Origin: Eledone cirrhosa
Taxonomy: Eukaryota
Length of the DNA stretch: 64,000 nucleotides
Direction of reading: 5' to 3'
NCBI GenBank assembly: GCA_964016885.1
Contig: OZ024751.1
Span: 2,728,001 to 2,792,000, forward strand
The notes beneath the pieces were generated by a model that saw only the letters and a program-made list of their open reading frames with translations, was not told where the DNA came from and searched no databases. Positions 12,951-25,008 of this stretch are shown here, in pieces (the first letter of the stretch is position 1; each line of letters opens with the position of its first letter). A program made the translations under genes and the position numbers.

Positions 12951-13136
12951 ATATATATGTATATATATATATATATGTATATATATAACGAAGGAAATGT
13001 GGTAAGGAACCAGGTGGACCATAACGCACCAAAGTACACAATACTTAGGGTAGTAGAGTGGGTATATATATATATATATATGTATGCATGTATATGTGAA
13101 TATATGTATATATATATATATACATATATATATATG

Positions 13137-13205
<69 letters not shown>

Positions 13206-13206
13206 G

Positions 13207-13277
<71 letters not shown>

Positions 13278-13291
13278 GTATATATATATAC

Positions 13292-13378
<87 letters not shown>

Positions 13379-13578
13379 CATATATATATATGTATATATA
13401 TATATATGTGTGTGTGTGTTTATATACATATATGCGTTTAATGTATAGTACATGTACTGGATGCAGTTTTGCGTAACATCAACTATTTATGTTTTAACAG
13501 TGCTTAGCAATACGTAGTGTAGAGGAACGACCGCTTACTTCATTCTGCTGGTACATATATACATTCATATACACACAC

Positions 13579-13650
<72 letters not shown>
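12217..13650. repeat. Cluster of (TA)n and compound (TA)n(TG)n microsatellites
   Basis: Direct inspection; source of the IYIY/HTHT/CVCV ORFs. Confidence 0.9.
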
Positions 13651-13659
<9 letters not shown>

Positions 13660-13741
13660 GAGTGTGTCCCAAAAATATGTATACGCACTTCAACACCATT
13701 CTAATAAATATTGCTTGTACAGGTAATCACATGTATATACA

Positions 13742-14050
13742 TTTTCGGGGGAGATCCTATATATATATATATACATAATTGAATATAAAAGAGAGATAAA
13801 CACAAATATAAGCATATATGTGTTCAAATCGTAAGGGACCAGATTCGCTATGGTGAAAACTATTAACAATAGCGAATCTGGTCCCCTACGATTTGAACAC
13901 ATGTTTATATCTGTGTTCATCTCTCTTTTATATTCAATTATATATATATATATATATGTGTGTGTGTATATATATATACCTTTTCGGGGGAGATCCTATA
14001 TATATATATATATACACATAATTGAATATAAAAGAGAGATAAACACATAT
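13742..14050. repeat. Short element with inverted (13760-13851/13869-13955) and direct (13742-13806/13981-14046) duplication
   Basis: gtgttcaaatcgtaagggaccagattcgctat...atagcgaatctggtcccctacgatttgaacac; ttttcgggggagatcc occurs twice. Confidence 0.8.
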
Positions 14051-14599
14051 ATCAACCTGTCTCATGGTCGGGTCGTTGGCGACTAAACTGGCAACCCCAC
14101 CAAGGTTTCTTAGTGAGTAGGGTGACTTTGTACATCTTGCAGGACTAAAAGCGAAACCTGTGAAAGGGCAAAGGAGCTCTTAAGAGTCAATGGTCACCCC
14201 AAATCACCGGGAGAGATGACCCCTTAGCCTTTGTCAAGGTAGAATTCTAGGAGAAGGAAAACTCTGATATAACACCTGCCACACTGATGGATATAAAGTA
14301 GTGGCCGTACTCGAAAACAAGTTGGCAGCCACCATATTTATATATATATATGTATATGTGTATGTATATATATATGTATATGTATGTATATATATATATG
14401 TGTATGTATGTGTATATGTATGTGTGTGTATATATAACACCTGCAACCCTGATGGTATCCAATGATGTTGACTTGTTCTTCTTTTTGGTAAATATCATAT
14501 TGGTTAAGAGAGTGGGACTGGCTTTGTGCAGTGCCTTTGTTCACTATAAAAGATTCACCGTACAGGCATTGCTTTATATTTGAGATCTCTCTGCACTTG

Positions 14600-14830
14600 T
14601 CGTCACATGGTACCATGGGCCCAGCACTATGTGTCAATAATTGTCACAAGTGTAGTGTTTGTACCAGAGTTTTCAAGTCGCTGGCTGGACTAAAAAGTCA
14701 CACTCGTTCAGCGCATCGGTAGGGGTTCTCCAACATCGGTAGGGGTTCTCCACTACTTTATATCCATGTTGGAGAACCCCTACCGATGCACTGAACGAGT
14801 GTGACATTTTAGTCCAGCCAGCGACTTGAA

Positions 14831-14833
<3 letters not shown>
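14600..14833 (+). mobile_element. LINE (RTE-like) extreme 3' fragment with inverted duplication
   Basis: CSVCTRVFKSLAGLKSHTRSAH* is a C2H2-like tail typical of RTE-type ORF ends; 14669-14736 is inverted at 14766-14833. Confidence 0.5.
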
Positions 14834-14864
<31 letters not shown>

Positions 14865-14868
<4 letters not shown>

Positions 14869-15060
14869 GATTATCAATAAATGGAAAATATCTTTATAAA
14901 ACCATATTTATTTTAATATACGTATTACAAGGGTACTAATATTGAAGTACGCTTTCGTCAGATAAAATATAATATAGTATTAGTACCCTTGAAATACGTA
15001 TAATAAAATAAATATGGTTTTATAAAGATATTTTCCATTTATTAATATTCTTAATATTAA
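14865..15060. mobile_element. HHR-bearing non-coding element (family of 2320-2445) with inverted partial duplication
   Basis: Nearly identical to 2320-2420. The HHR on the minus strand has GAAA>GTAA; 14979-15058 is an inverted copy that retains GAAA-TACGTA-TA. Confidence 0.75.
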
Positions 15061-15130
15061 TGATACTCCAGCTTCTAATCTGTTGTAAAATTAACTTTGT
15101 TGAATAATCAACAAACCATATAACTCCTTG

Positions 15131-15276
<146 letters not shown>

Positions 15277-15289
15277 TATATATATATAT

Positions 15290-15412
15290 ATTTATTAAAA
15301 TAACAGATTAAAGAATCGCTGCTTTCACCCTTAACGGGATCTTCTGAAGATACCGTTAAGCGTGAAAGCAGCGATTCTTTGCTTAAACTTTAATCTGTTA
15401 TTTTAATAAATA
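15290..15412. repeat. Fold-back hairpin centred on an HHR-like CTGAAGA core
   Basis: aaagaatcgctgctttcacccttaacgggatcttc-t-gaagataccgttaagcgtgaaagcagcgattcttt; the tail ttgcttaaactttaatctgtta is also present at 12281. Confidence 0.7.
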
Positions 15413-15495
15413 TTTGCTCTACGGTTCTCATATATTTGATATATATATATATCCTTATCGAGCCCTCTTTGGATTTTAGTCTTCAAATTTATTAT

Positions 15496-15550
<55 letters not shown>

Positions 15551-15553
<3 letters not shown>

Positions 15554-16565
15554 GGAAAAAATGAAACGAAATTTCATTTCTCACTCTTAGTACGGCTGTT
15601 ACTTAAATATAAGTATGTACACGTACATATATATATATCTTTACAGATGTACAGTAGTACGTATATATATATACATATACATATATACATACATGCACAC
15701 ATATATATATGTACGTATGGATTCACCGAACATTTATTATAATGCTCGTTGTGTTTGTAAACAAACATCCCGAATTAAGCCGTACAGTGCATATCACTCG
15801 ATATGCAAATGAGGCTGCTCAGCCGTTGATGTGCACAAGGAAAGTATATACTTTCAGACGTTCAACTATCTGGCAGGAAGGTATACGTTGCTGACGATAG
15901 CTAATATGCTTGAAACAAATGAGCAATGATGGTTGCTAGACACTGTACGGCTTAATTCGGGATGTTTGTTTAAGAAAAAACAGAGCATTATAATAAATGT
16001 TCGGTGAATCCATACGTACATATATATATATATATGTGTGCATGTATGTATATATGTATATGTACAGATATATACATACTACTGTACGTCTGTATACATA
16101 TATGTATGTACGTGTACATATATATATTTAATAACAGCCGTACTAAGAGTGAGAAATGAAATTTCGTTTCATTTTTTCCGTTTATCGTTTTCGGTACCCC
16201 AGCCGATTAAGTCACTCGATATGCAAATTAGGCTGCTCAGCCGTTGATGTGCATAAGGAAAGTATATACTTTTAGACATTCAACCATCTGGCAGGAAGGT
16301 ATACTTTGCTGACGATAGCTAATAAGCTTGAAACTAGTACAGCGTTCCTTTGACAGTGCTGAACAAATGAGCAACGATGGTTGCTAGACACTGTACGGCT
16401 TAATTCGGGATGTTTGTTTACAAATACACCGAGCATTATAATAAATGTTCGGTGAATCCATACGTACATATATATATGTGTGTATGTATGTATATATGTA
16501 TATGTATATATACATACTACTGTACTTCTGTATACATATATGTATGTACGTGTACATACTTATAT
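15551..16565 (+). mobile_element. Retrozyme-like non-autonomous element: inverted segment + ~1.8 tandem units, each with an HHR
   Basis: 15551-15789 is the reverse complement of 15941-16182; units start near 15795 and 16212; CTGACGA at 15891 and 16309; (TA)n on both flanks; homologous to 60565-61300. Confidence 0.8.
16304..16344 (+). ncRNA. Minimal type I hammerhead ribozyme
   Basis: ctttg-CTGACGA-tAGCtaataaGCTt-GAAA-CTAG-TA-cagcg; GUA cleavage triplet, palindromic stem III. Confidence 0.7.
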
Positions 16566-16635
<70 letters not shown>

Positions 16636-16687
16636 ATTAAGTCAAATATGTAAAATTTGACTTCGTTTATTATAAATTATAGATATA

Positions 16688-16740
16688 CTGCTATATATAT
16701 TTCGGTGACAGCCATCATTGGCTATGACCTCTTCAGGCAG
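16688..16740 (-). ncRNA. Minimal type I hammerhead ribozyme
   Basis: CTGC-CTGAAGA-GGTcatAGCCA/atga/TGGCTgtcACC-GAAA-TATATA-TA-GCAG. It lies in an element whose 16630-16718 is inverted at 16848-16937; a related fragment is at 8302-8402. Confidence 0.8.
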
Positions 16741-17268
16741 TCCGAATTGGTGTGGAAAAGACAGGTACACAGGTTGTTGAAGTTTGTTTTACTCCGTCAA
16801 TACATCGATATGTCCAGCTCCTGGATGTATTGTTGTAGGTGACAGCCTATGATGGCTGTCATCGAAATATATGTAGCAGTATATCTATAATTTATAATAA
16901 ACGAAGCCAAATTTTACATATTTGACTTAATTATTTTACATTACTCCGGAGTAAAGAAACCAACCTGCGTACTTCATAGAGTGCTCCAATCTGCATACTG
17001 AGGTGTCGGTAAACAACCAACATATACTCAATATATATATATAGATAGATAGATTTCTTTATTTACCATAAAGGCATAAAAAGAAGGGACAAATACAAAG
17101 GGGGAGTTTACATATAATCGAGTAAAAAGGGTGTAACATGAAAATAATCGAAAATAACCTCAAAAGGGAGGGGACGTGATGGGGGTTGCACACACCCCCG
17201 AAAAAGTGTGCAATCCTTTGCCCGGGGAGCACATGGAGAAGGTGCTCCCCTCTCCTTTACTTCTTTAC

Positions 17269-20200
17269 CTACAGGATGGTATACAGAGAAGGCCCATTTA
17301 CACGAGCCATTCTCGCCACTATCACCCACCTTTCATAAAACTGCCTGTGGCCAAGCACCTCTCTCTCCATTCTTATCCTTCTTCCGAAGTGATATCGGAA
17401 GAAGTAGACCAGACTATGGCCAGAGAGGAAGTTGCCTGACCTCAGACCTTTCAATCGTGTCCACCAAACAACCTCTTTCAACATGGCTATTACGCACAGA
17501 AAAACCGCCTTTGCTTCCTTTGTGAAGAGGGGAGGCGGTTTGATTGTCATCACGGACTCGGCGGTCAATTTAATCGGCGCCACCCGCGACAGCAGTCGTT
17601 CGGCGTAGCCCCACAGATCAGCCACGCCCGGACATTGCACCAATGCGTGCGCAACGGTTTCTTCGTGACGCACGCATCTAGGGCAAATCTTTTTTGAGGG
17701 ATCCCTGCCCGGGCGCCCGTGTCTGTAGAGCCTCTCTCGAACGGGTAGAGCCCCCCGGTAGCACTGCCAGGCCAGTGACTTCTGGAAGTTGTCCATTGGT
17801 CCTGGGCCGAAAGTCCTACCGAACAGGCTGGCCAGTTCGTCTTCTTCCATGTCCAGCGACTCTCCAAGGGTGTCATCGCCCCTGATAGCCACCAGCCCTC
17901 TATAGAATGCTGAGGTGGATTCTCCACCGATGGCCCGGCCCGCTTGCCAGAGAGCCCTGAGCGCCTGAGCACACTCAGTGTGCCAGTCTCCCAGTTTTCC
18001 GGATCTTTGCTTGACCCAGGACTGTAGCTCGGTGAGCGAGACGAGTCTCGGAAAGGCTCGTTTCACGAACGGAGCCCACACCGGTTGACCAGTGAGGAAT
18101 ACCTGTAGGTGCCGTAGCCTTAATGCGTGCCTACGCATCATCAACCACGGCATCCCCAGCCCTCCTTTCGAAGGTTGTTGGCAGCAGATGGATCTTCTCA
18201 CCATAGGAGGACGCTTCTTCCAAAGAAATTGGAAGAGCATGCGTTCCATGGTGGTGAGTGTTTCCTTAGGGCAAGGCACGACAGTCAGGCGGTAGTAAGT
18301 GACGGACGCTATGTAAATGTTCGCCACCTCCGCCCGGCCTTTTAGGGACAGCTTACACTTGGCCCATTTCTGGGTTAGTGCAAACACCTTGTTCGTAACC
18401 TCGTTCCAGTTCTTTTCCACCTGGAGGTCCGGTCCAAACCAGACCCCAAGCAACTTTACCGGGCCCTCCGTCCAGTGTCCGACGACACCGTCAGGAGGCA
18501 TCGGTCTGCCTCTCCACGTTCCGAGTTGCAGCCCGATGGATTTTTCCCGGTTCAGTTTCGCTCCTGACAACTTTCGTACTCCTCCAGTAAGGTACCGATC
18601 GCCTCGATCTCCGAGTCGGTTGATACCATTACTGTTACGTCATCGGCGTAGGCCGACACCGCTTTGCTCAATCCTGGTTCCAGGGGGATACCCTGCAACA
18701 ACTCCAACTTCCTCAGTAAAGGCTCGAGAGACAATACGTACAGAAGGGAGGAGAGAGGGCACCCCTGTCGAATGGATCGTGTGATTTCGAACGGCTTCGA
18801 AAGGTAGCCGTTCACCTTGATCCTAGAACAGATGTGGTTGCTATGTAGGGCAGTGATCCAGCCTCTGAAAACAGGACCGAACCCAGCCGCCGCTAGCACC
18901 GCATCCAGGTAACCATGGTCGACCCTATCGAAGGCCTTAGACTGATCCAAGTTGATCAGGGCCCCACCGAAGCCGGGTTTGTTGCCAACCCTCTCTATGA
19001 TGTATCGCATGAGGTGGAGGTTATCGTGAATGGACCTGGATGGGATAGCACATGTCTGCGCATCTCCCACCAGGCCACCCACGACAAGCGCCAACCTCTT
19101 TGCTAACACCTTGGCCAAAATCTTTAACTCTGTGTTTAGCAGGGTTATGGGCCGAAAATTATTTATACTATCCCCCTTGTTCTCGTCCTTCCTCACCAGC
19201 GTGACTACGCCCTTGGCTACAGAACAAGGAATTCTCCCGTTCTGCTGCCAATTGCAGTAGACCGCTTCGAGGAGTTCGGAGAAGAAGACCGGCATTGCTA
19301 AATAAAGTTCGTAAGGTATACCATCGAGACCTGGAGATTTGCGTCTGCTGCATTGGCTCAGCGCATCTCCGATCTCATCAGCCGAGATTGGTCCCTCGCA
19401 GGACTCTGCCTCTTCGCTCGAGAGACGCGGCAGGCCGTCGAGGTATGGACTGAAATCCACGCCCCCGCCCGGACCCTCGCCTCCCCCGAACAATCGGGCA
19501 AAGTGCCTTTGAAAGGCCTCGCACATCTGCTTAGGCTCCCGGATCACCCGTCCATCTTCGTCTTGCAACGACCGGATGGTGGATCGATTTCCACTCTTAG
19601 CTTCTGTCACGCGGGCCCATCCAACGGCTTTGGCCCCCTCATTACTTAGAGCACGTATTTTACTTCGAATGACGCAGCCTTCGTGCTTTGCGTCGAAAAA
19701 CTGGTTCAAGGCCGTCCTCGATGCCAGCACTCTGGCCACATCTTCGCTCTTGATTGCCTCTTCTAATTTACCTGTTAATTCTTTCTCGTTTCTATTCCTA
19801 TCGGCAGCTAACATCTTGCTATAACTTATTGATTCTGTTCTAATCTCTCTTTTGAGAGATGCCCACCATCGGTTGTTGACGATTGCACCCGTCAACCTCT
19901 CCTTAACTAATCTGCTAATCCGGTTTCTGTAAGTCTCTTTTGCTGGTAAGGACAAATTAAGTTTCCAGTAACCGGGACCCTGTCTATGTGTTTTCTCGAG
20001 ATTGACCACGCAGGTCACTAATTTGTGATCCGTGTAGCCAACCGTGCGCATTTCTGGACAGCTTAATATGTCCCTATCCTTACTTCTAACTAAGAATCTA
20101 TCTAAGTACGATCTAGATTGACCACTGTGGTTTCTCCAAGTCCAGGTAGGCACAGTTGGAAAATCTAGTCGATATCTATCGACCAAGTTAAAACGGTCGA

Positions 20201-20708
20201 GTAACCCCTTGAGGCTGTTACACCCCCCCCCTCTATTAGGACATGCTCCTGCATAGTCCCAACGTGCATCCAGGATGTCATTCCAATCCCCCGCTAGAAG
20301 CAGGGAACGCGACGTTCCCAGAAAAGTCTCCAAACGCTGGAAGAAGTCGGGCCGTTCAGCTCCGAAAGGGGAGTAGACGGCGACCAGTCTCAAGGCCGCA
20401 TTTTCACTACTGCCAACGTCTAGCACCAACAAACGACCCTCCGGGTCCGAGTGCACAACCTGTACGGCAAGACCCAGGTGTTTTTGCAGCAGTACGACAA
20501 CCCCACCCCCACCTCCAGGTTGACAGAGAGATGCATGCACCTCAAAGTCATCGAAGGTGGGGGCCAGCTGCCGCACGACGCTGATTCGAGTCTCACAGAT
20601 AACCATTACATTTATACTACATGACCTGAGGTCATTTAGAAGCTTTGCTTGCTTCCAAGTTGAGCCCAGGCCACGTGCATTCAAACATCCTACTCTTAAC
20701 ACATCCAT
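17269..20708 (-). CDS. Tx1-like ORF2p: APE endonuclease + reverse transcriptase + C-terminal Zn finger, with one frameshift near 18570
   Basis: LNARGL, ICET, AGDWN, YLDRFLV, TDHK (APE); KSPGLDG, FRPITLLN, DQSKAFDRV, RQGCPLS, YADD (RT); LLGVWF, CPRC..EETVAHALVQC. Split into ORFs 18552..20708 and 17269..18570. Confidence 0.92.
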
Positions 20709-20741
20709 GTGGGCGGCAGAGCCAAAGGAGAGTGTAGAGAC

Positions 20742-22643
20742 CTACCTTTCCGCTTCCCGGGGTTCGGGTTGCACGACTTCCATGGGGTCGGGGGTGTTGG
20801 GTGAAGGGGTGTCTTGTGGTGGTGTGGGGTCGTCAGTGTGTGGTGGGGTTGGGGTGTTTGGAGTTGTGTTGGGGAGGGGAAGGGGAGGGGGAAAGCTTTT
20901 TAGTAGGACGCGGTTTATGGGTTTGACAGAGGGTGGTCCTACGTCCTCCTTAAAATCCTTTTTTAGTTTTTGGTAGAGGTTCATTGGGATCTTTATTAGT
21001 TTTAAATGTGGGTAGTTTTCTGACGAAACAAAGTTTACACCTTCGGTTTGTACCGAAGGATTATTGTATATGAGTTCATTTAATTTATTATTGTTTCTGT
21101 TGATGTAAGTATAGTGTAATGTCTTTTTTTCCGATGGTGTGAGTGTTTCGAAGAGGGGAGGGGCAGGTTTGGTTTTGTTTGTTGCTGGAGGGGTGTTTTC
21201 TGTTTTGTTGGATTGTGTTGAGATTTGGGTGGGGGTTGTTTGTTCTTGTGTGTTTTGCACATGTTTTCTTTTTTTCCTTTTAATCTGTCTGAAGGACTCC
21301 GTTTCTTCCTCCGAATTCGTTGGGTTATCTTCAGTGTTGGAGGGAAGAGGTATGTTTGCTGGTAATGTTTCCGTGTTGGTTTTCTTTGTGGGGGAGATGG
21401 ATGTCACTATGTTAGACTGTGTTGTGTGTTGTGTCTGCGGTGGTTGTGTTGTTTTATTGAGTGAGAGGTTGGGTGGGCCTGTATTTTGTTTTGGGGTAAT
21501 GTGTTGTGACTGTTTGTGTTGTGGTGGTGTTGTGGTTTTACTGAGAGACGGGTTGGGTGGGACTGAGTTTTGTTGTTTGTTTATCTGTTGTGGTGGTGGT
21601 GGTGGAGCTGGTGTTGGTAGCAGGGTTTTCTTTTTGTTGAGTTGGGGACAAGCGGCCTTCAGGTGCCCTCTGCCTGCACAGATATGGCAGGACGGCCTTC
21701 TCCCCTCCACGCTAATGTTTATATACCCGTGGTCCTCTAATAGGATTCTGTCGGGTATTTGGGCGATGCGTTCAGGCTTCATTTGTACTACCAGTTCTAT
21801 ACCTGTTCCACTGAACGCATTGCCTGTGGTTTTCCCAATGGAAATCACGTTGTCATTCACTGGATCGATGAAGCCAGCTATGAGCCAGCAGTAGTCCACA
21901 TCTGGCATCATTGCATCCAGCCATATGCGCTGAGTTCTTTTCCCCATATAAGATGGATAAAAGGTGAAATTTTTCGAACGAATCGGTGACAAAGCACATT
22001 TTTTTGCCGCCGATTCGTTCTTCATGATAATTGCTAGGCTTCCATACAGTCTGTCTTTTCTTATGAAAGTTGTTTCATTCAGTACTTCTGTGAGTACTGT
22101 TTTGATATCTGCTTGAGAAGGCTGTTCAGGTTTTTTTGTACTGTTGTTGATGGTCCGAAACTTGACCGTTCGGCTTTCAATGTCTTTCGTGAATTCTTGA
22201 GGCATTTTTACCGATAAAATGCCATTCTCTCCTTCACTTATGTATTGTTTGGCGTCCGTGATCCTTCGTACCACATCTGAAATGTTTTCCGCTATATAAG
22301 TCAAAGATTTCTTTGTTTTCTGTGCAAATGAAATCTTGTCGTCTGCTTTGTTTTCTGATATGGTGTTATTTTCAACTGTTATTTTTTTGTTTGTTGTGTC
22401 TTTGTTTGTGTTATTAGTATTGTCATGCAATTTTTCAAATTTTTTTTTTTCGTTGTTGGAATCCAAGTCCAGATTTGTGTTTACGTCATTTAATTTTTTC
22501 TCCGCAGATTCGTCCGTTTTTATTTTAATTTTTCCTTCCTTCTCTATGACGTTAGTTGGGAAGGAAGGGAGGACTAAAGCGTGCGAGCTTACAACTCTTA
22601 CCGCTGTCCCCCCACCACTATTTTCGTTCGCTGCGTTTAACAT
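20742..22643 (-). CDS. Tx1-like ORF1p, nucleic-acid chaperone with CCHC zinc knuckle
   Basis: 633-aa ORF with CHICAGRGHLKAACP knuckle, Pro/Thr-rich tail and a basic KRKKRK patch; ends 33 nt upstream of ORF2. Confidence 0.85.
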   Translation of the reverse strand: MLNAANENSGGGTAVRVVSSHALVLPSFPTNVIEKEGKIKIKTDESAEKKLNDVNTNLDLDSNNEKKKFEKLHDNTNNTNKDTTNKKITVENNTISENKADDKISFAQKTKKSLTYIAENISDVVRRITDAKQYISEGENGILSVKMPQEFTKDIESRTVKFRTINNSTKKPEQPSQADIKTVLTEVLNETTFIRKDRLYGSLAIIMKNESAAKKCALSPIRSKNFTFYPSYMGKRTQRIWLDAMMPDVDYCWLIAGFIDPVNDNVISIGKTTGNAFSGTGIELVVQMKPERIAQIPDRILLEDHGYINISVEGRRPSCHICAGRGHLKAACPQLNKKKTLLPTPAPPPPPQQINKQQNSVPPNPSLSKTTTPPQHKQSQHITPKQNTGPPNLSLNKTTQPPQTQHTTQSNIVTSISPTKKTNTETLPANIPLPSNTEDNPTNSEEETESFRQIKRKKRKHVQNTQEQTTPTQISTQSNKTENTPPATNKTKPAPPLFETLTPSEKKTLHYTYINRNNNKLNELIYNNPSVQTEGVNFVSSENYPHLKLIKIPMNLYQKLKKDFKEDVGPPSVKPINRVLLKSFPPPLPLPNTTPNTPTPPHTDDPTPPQDTPSPNTPDPMEVVQPEPREAER

Positions 22644-22875
22644 TTCTGTTAGACGATTGAAATTTTTTACACAAAATTTTTTAAAACAGGTTTTTCACCT
22701 CTAGGAGGGGTAAAGATGAGCTGACCCACCGCCTGACAGTTCAGACGGAGGGTCAAGCTACACAATTGTATCAAAATGAAGTTTGAACTCACAAAATTTC
22801 CTCAATAAATTTGAACAAAACTTCTGTGCGAAGTGAATGACATCCACACTGTAGAACAGACGACAGCTAGATGTA

Positions 22876-22876
<1 letters not shown>

Positions 22877-22950
<74 letters not shown>
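22877..22950. repeat. (GATA)n microsatellite
   Basis: About 18 perfect units directly at the 5' end of the Tx1 element. Confidence 0.95.
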
Positions 22951-22953
<3 letters not shown>

Positions 22954-23779
22954 AAGATTGGGAAAGTACAATATAGTTAAACAACTGTTATTTACTCATA
23001 AAACACCAAAGTACTCAATACGCACTCACAGTGAATCATGTAGAAGGTAGCCTACACACACATACACATACACTCACTCAGGGTCTGTGGCTACTCTTGC
23101 TTGGTAGTTTATTGCCAGTGCATGGCGATTTTCAGCAGATTATTTCGAGTTGTTAAATCAGAGAAGGACCTGGGGTGCACTGGACTCTAAGGTGGTGGTG
23201 TGGAGGGCGGTAGAGATGATATTAAAGTATATTAAATATCAAATTATACATATTATATATAAATATACTAAAATAAAAAAATATATAATATTTATTTATA
23301 CACAGTATATATATTATTTATTATAGATAAATTATCGATTTTATTTCTTATATAATATTCACAATTTTCGTGTAGGTAGGTCTCTCTAGAAATAGGGTTG
23401 GGAGCCGTTGAGGGTATTACGTGGCTGTGAGTGGGGTGGCGGTGGCCCCAAATGTTTGTTAAATGAAACGACAAGATGGAGACAGCTCCGATGATGTCAT
23501 TATTTGTTGCTTCCAAGTTTCAGTTTCCATAATGGTGATAATATCTGAACGCCTTTATTTTACCAATTTATCAAATAGGAATATCTGCCTCAACACAAGG
23601 CACATCGAAATATCTGAGTCAATTGCAGCAATATCGAGTTATCTAGGTCAAGTACTTTTCATGCTAAATTATCTGGGTCAAATACAGAAATACTCGTGTG
23701 CACGAGTGATGGAAGGCAGGAGACTGAATTAAGTGCAAGAAAAGAAGGAGTTGGTGCAGTAATGCGCCAGCTTCAGTAA

Positions 23780-24260
23780 TCAGAAGAAGGGAGGTAGGTC
23801 TGAAAACCAAACTCGCTATCTTCAATTCGGTATTCGTGTCAACCCTTACCTATGGTCATGAATCTTGGTTAATAACTGAAAGAATACGATCGCGAATACA
23901 AGCGCACCGAAGTGGGATTCCTCCGAAGGGTCTTTGGAGTAACGATACTCGATAGAGTGCATAGTTCGGAGATCAGAGAGTCACTTCTGGTAGAACAGCT
24001 ACTTCTCCGAATTTTGAGATCACAGCTCTGATGCTATGGGAAAGTGGTTAGAACGTCTCAAGAAAGAATCGCTGGACAAATCTTCCGGGAAAAATCAACC
24101 GACAGGAGACCCAGGGTAGATCCCGAGCAAGATGGCTGGATAACATCCATGAGCTCGGCTAGTCTTGCTTTGGGATCCAGCCGGATCAATTGGAGACGGT
24201 TGCTTCTGACATGACCCGCTGAAAGGAGTGTTTGAGGGTTCTAACCCCGTCACCCTCCTA
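23780..24260 (+). pseudogene. Degenerate RTE-clade LINE 3' ORF fragment
   Basis: KLAIFNSVFVSTLTYGHESWLITERIRSRIQA / EVGFLRRVFGVTILDRVHSSEIRESLLVEQLLLRI..SQL*, with frameshifts and a stop. Confidence 0.8.
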
Positions 24261-24279
24261 AGAATCAGTGGGCGAAGAA

Positions 24280-25008
24280 CTGTAGAAATATTTGGGTCAG
24301 CTGTAGACATGATGGGTCAACTGTTGTTCGCGCTGAATTATCTCTGACAACTACAGAAGTATGAGAGTCAGCTGTAGACATGTGAACACATCTGAGGCAA
24401 TCATAGACATTTATCTAGGTCAACTGTAGATTTACTGAGTTATCTAGGTCAAACGTATATGTATCGGAAAATCTGGATCTGAACCACCTGTGGAAATACT
24501 GTAGTATTTATGTCAACTGTAGATATGGATTAATCTAGGTCAAGTTTTTAGATATTAATTTATTTAGCTTAACTGTGTAGATATCGATTTATCTAGATCA
24601 ACTGCGGATATCTTAGAAATTATTGTAGACAGTATGTTATCTATGTCAACTGTAGGCCTACTGAATTATCTGGGTCGATTGTAGACTTATTGGAATATTT
24701 GCGCCAACCTTACTTATATGGGTCAACCGCAAATAAGCTAAATAAACCGGGTCAACTGCAGGCATGTCGAATTAACTAGGTCAAATCTAGACGCATTTGA
24801 TTAACTAGGTCAACGTCACGCATACTGAATTAACTAGGTCAACTGTAGACACTGAATTAACTAGCTCAACTGTAGACTCACTGAATTAACTAGGTCAACT
24901 GTAGACGCTGAATGAAATAGGTCAACTCTAGACACTGAACTATTTGGGTTGACTGTAGATATACCGAATTAACTAGGTGAACTGCAGGGATACTGAATCA
25001 ACTAGGTC
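24280..25008. repeat. ~27-32-bp minisatellite, consensus CTGAATTAACTAGGTCAACTGTAGACA
   Basis: Recurring tctaggtcaactgtaga/ctgaattaactaggtc; more homogeneous at the right end. Confidence 0.85.

Larger units (their letters stand above)
17055..22876 (-). mobile_element. Apparently full-length L1/Tx1-clade non-LTR retrotransposon
   Basis: 5'UTR, ORF1, ORF2 (APE-RT-CCHC) and a 3'UTR ending AATAAAGAA; flanked by ATAG repeats at both ends. Confidence 0.92.

Noticed and set aside
12292-13688. IYIY/HTHT/CVCV ORFs (also near 25900, 61200 and 62200)
   Set aside because: Dinucleotide microsatellite translations.
17176-22704. Plus-strand ORFs overlapping the Tx1 element, e.g. 21139..21894
   Set aside because: Antisense shadows of ORF1/ORF2 with no motifs.
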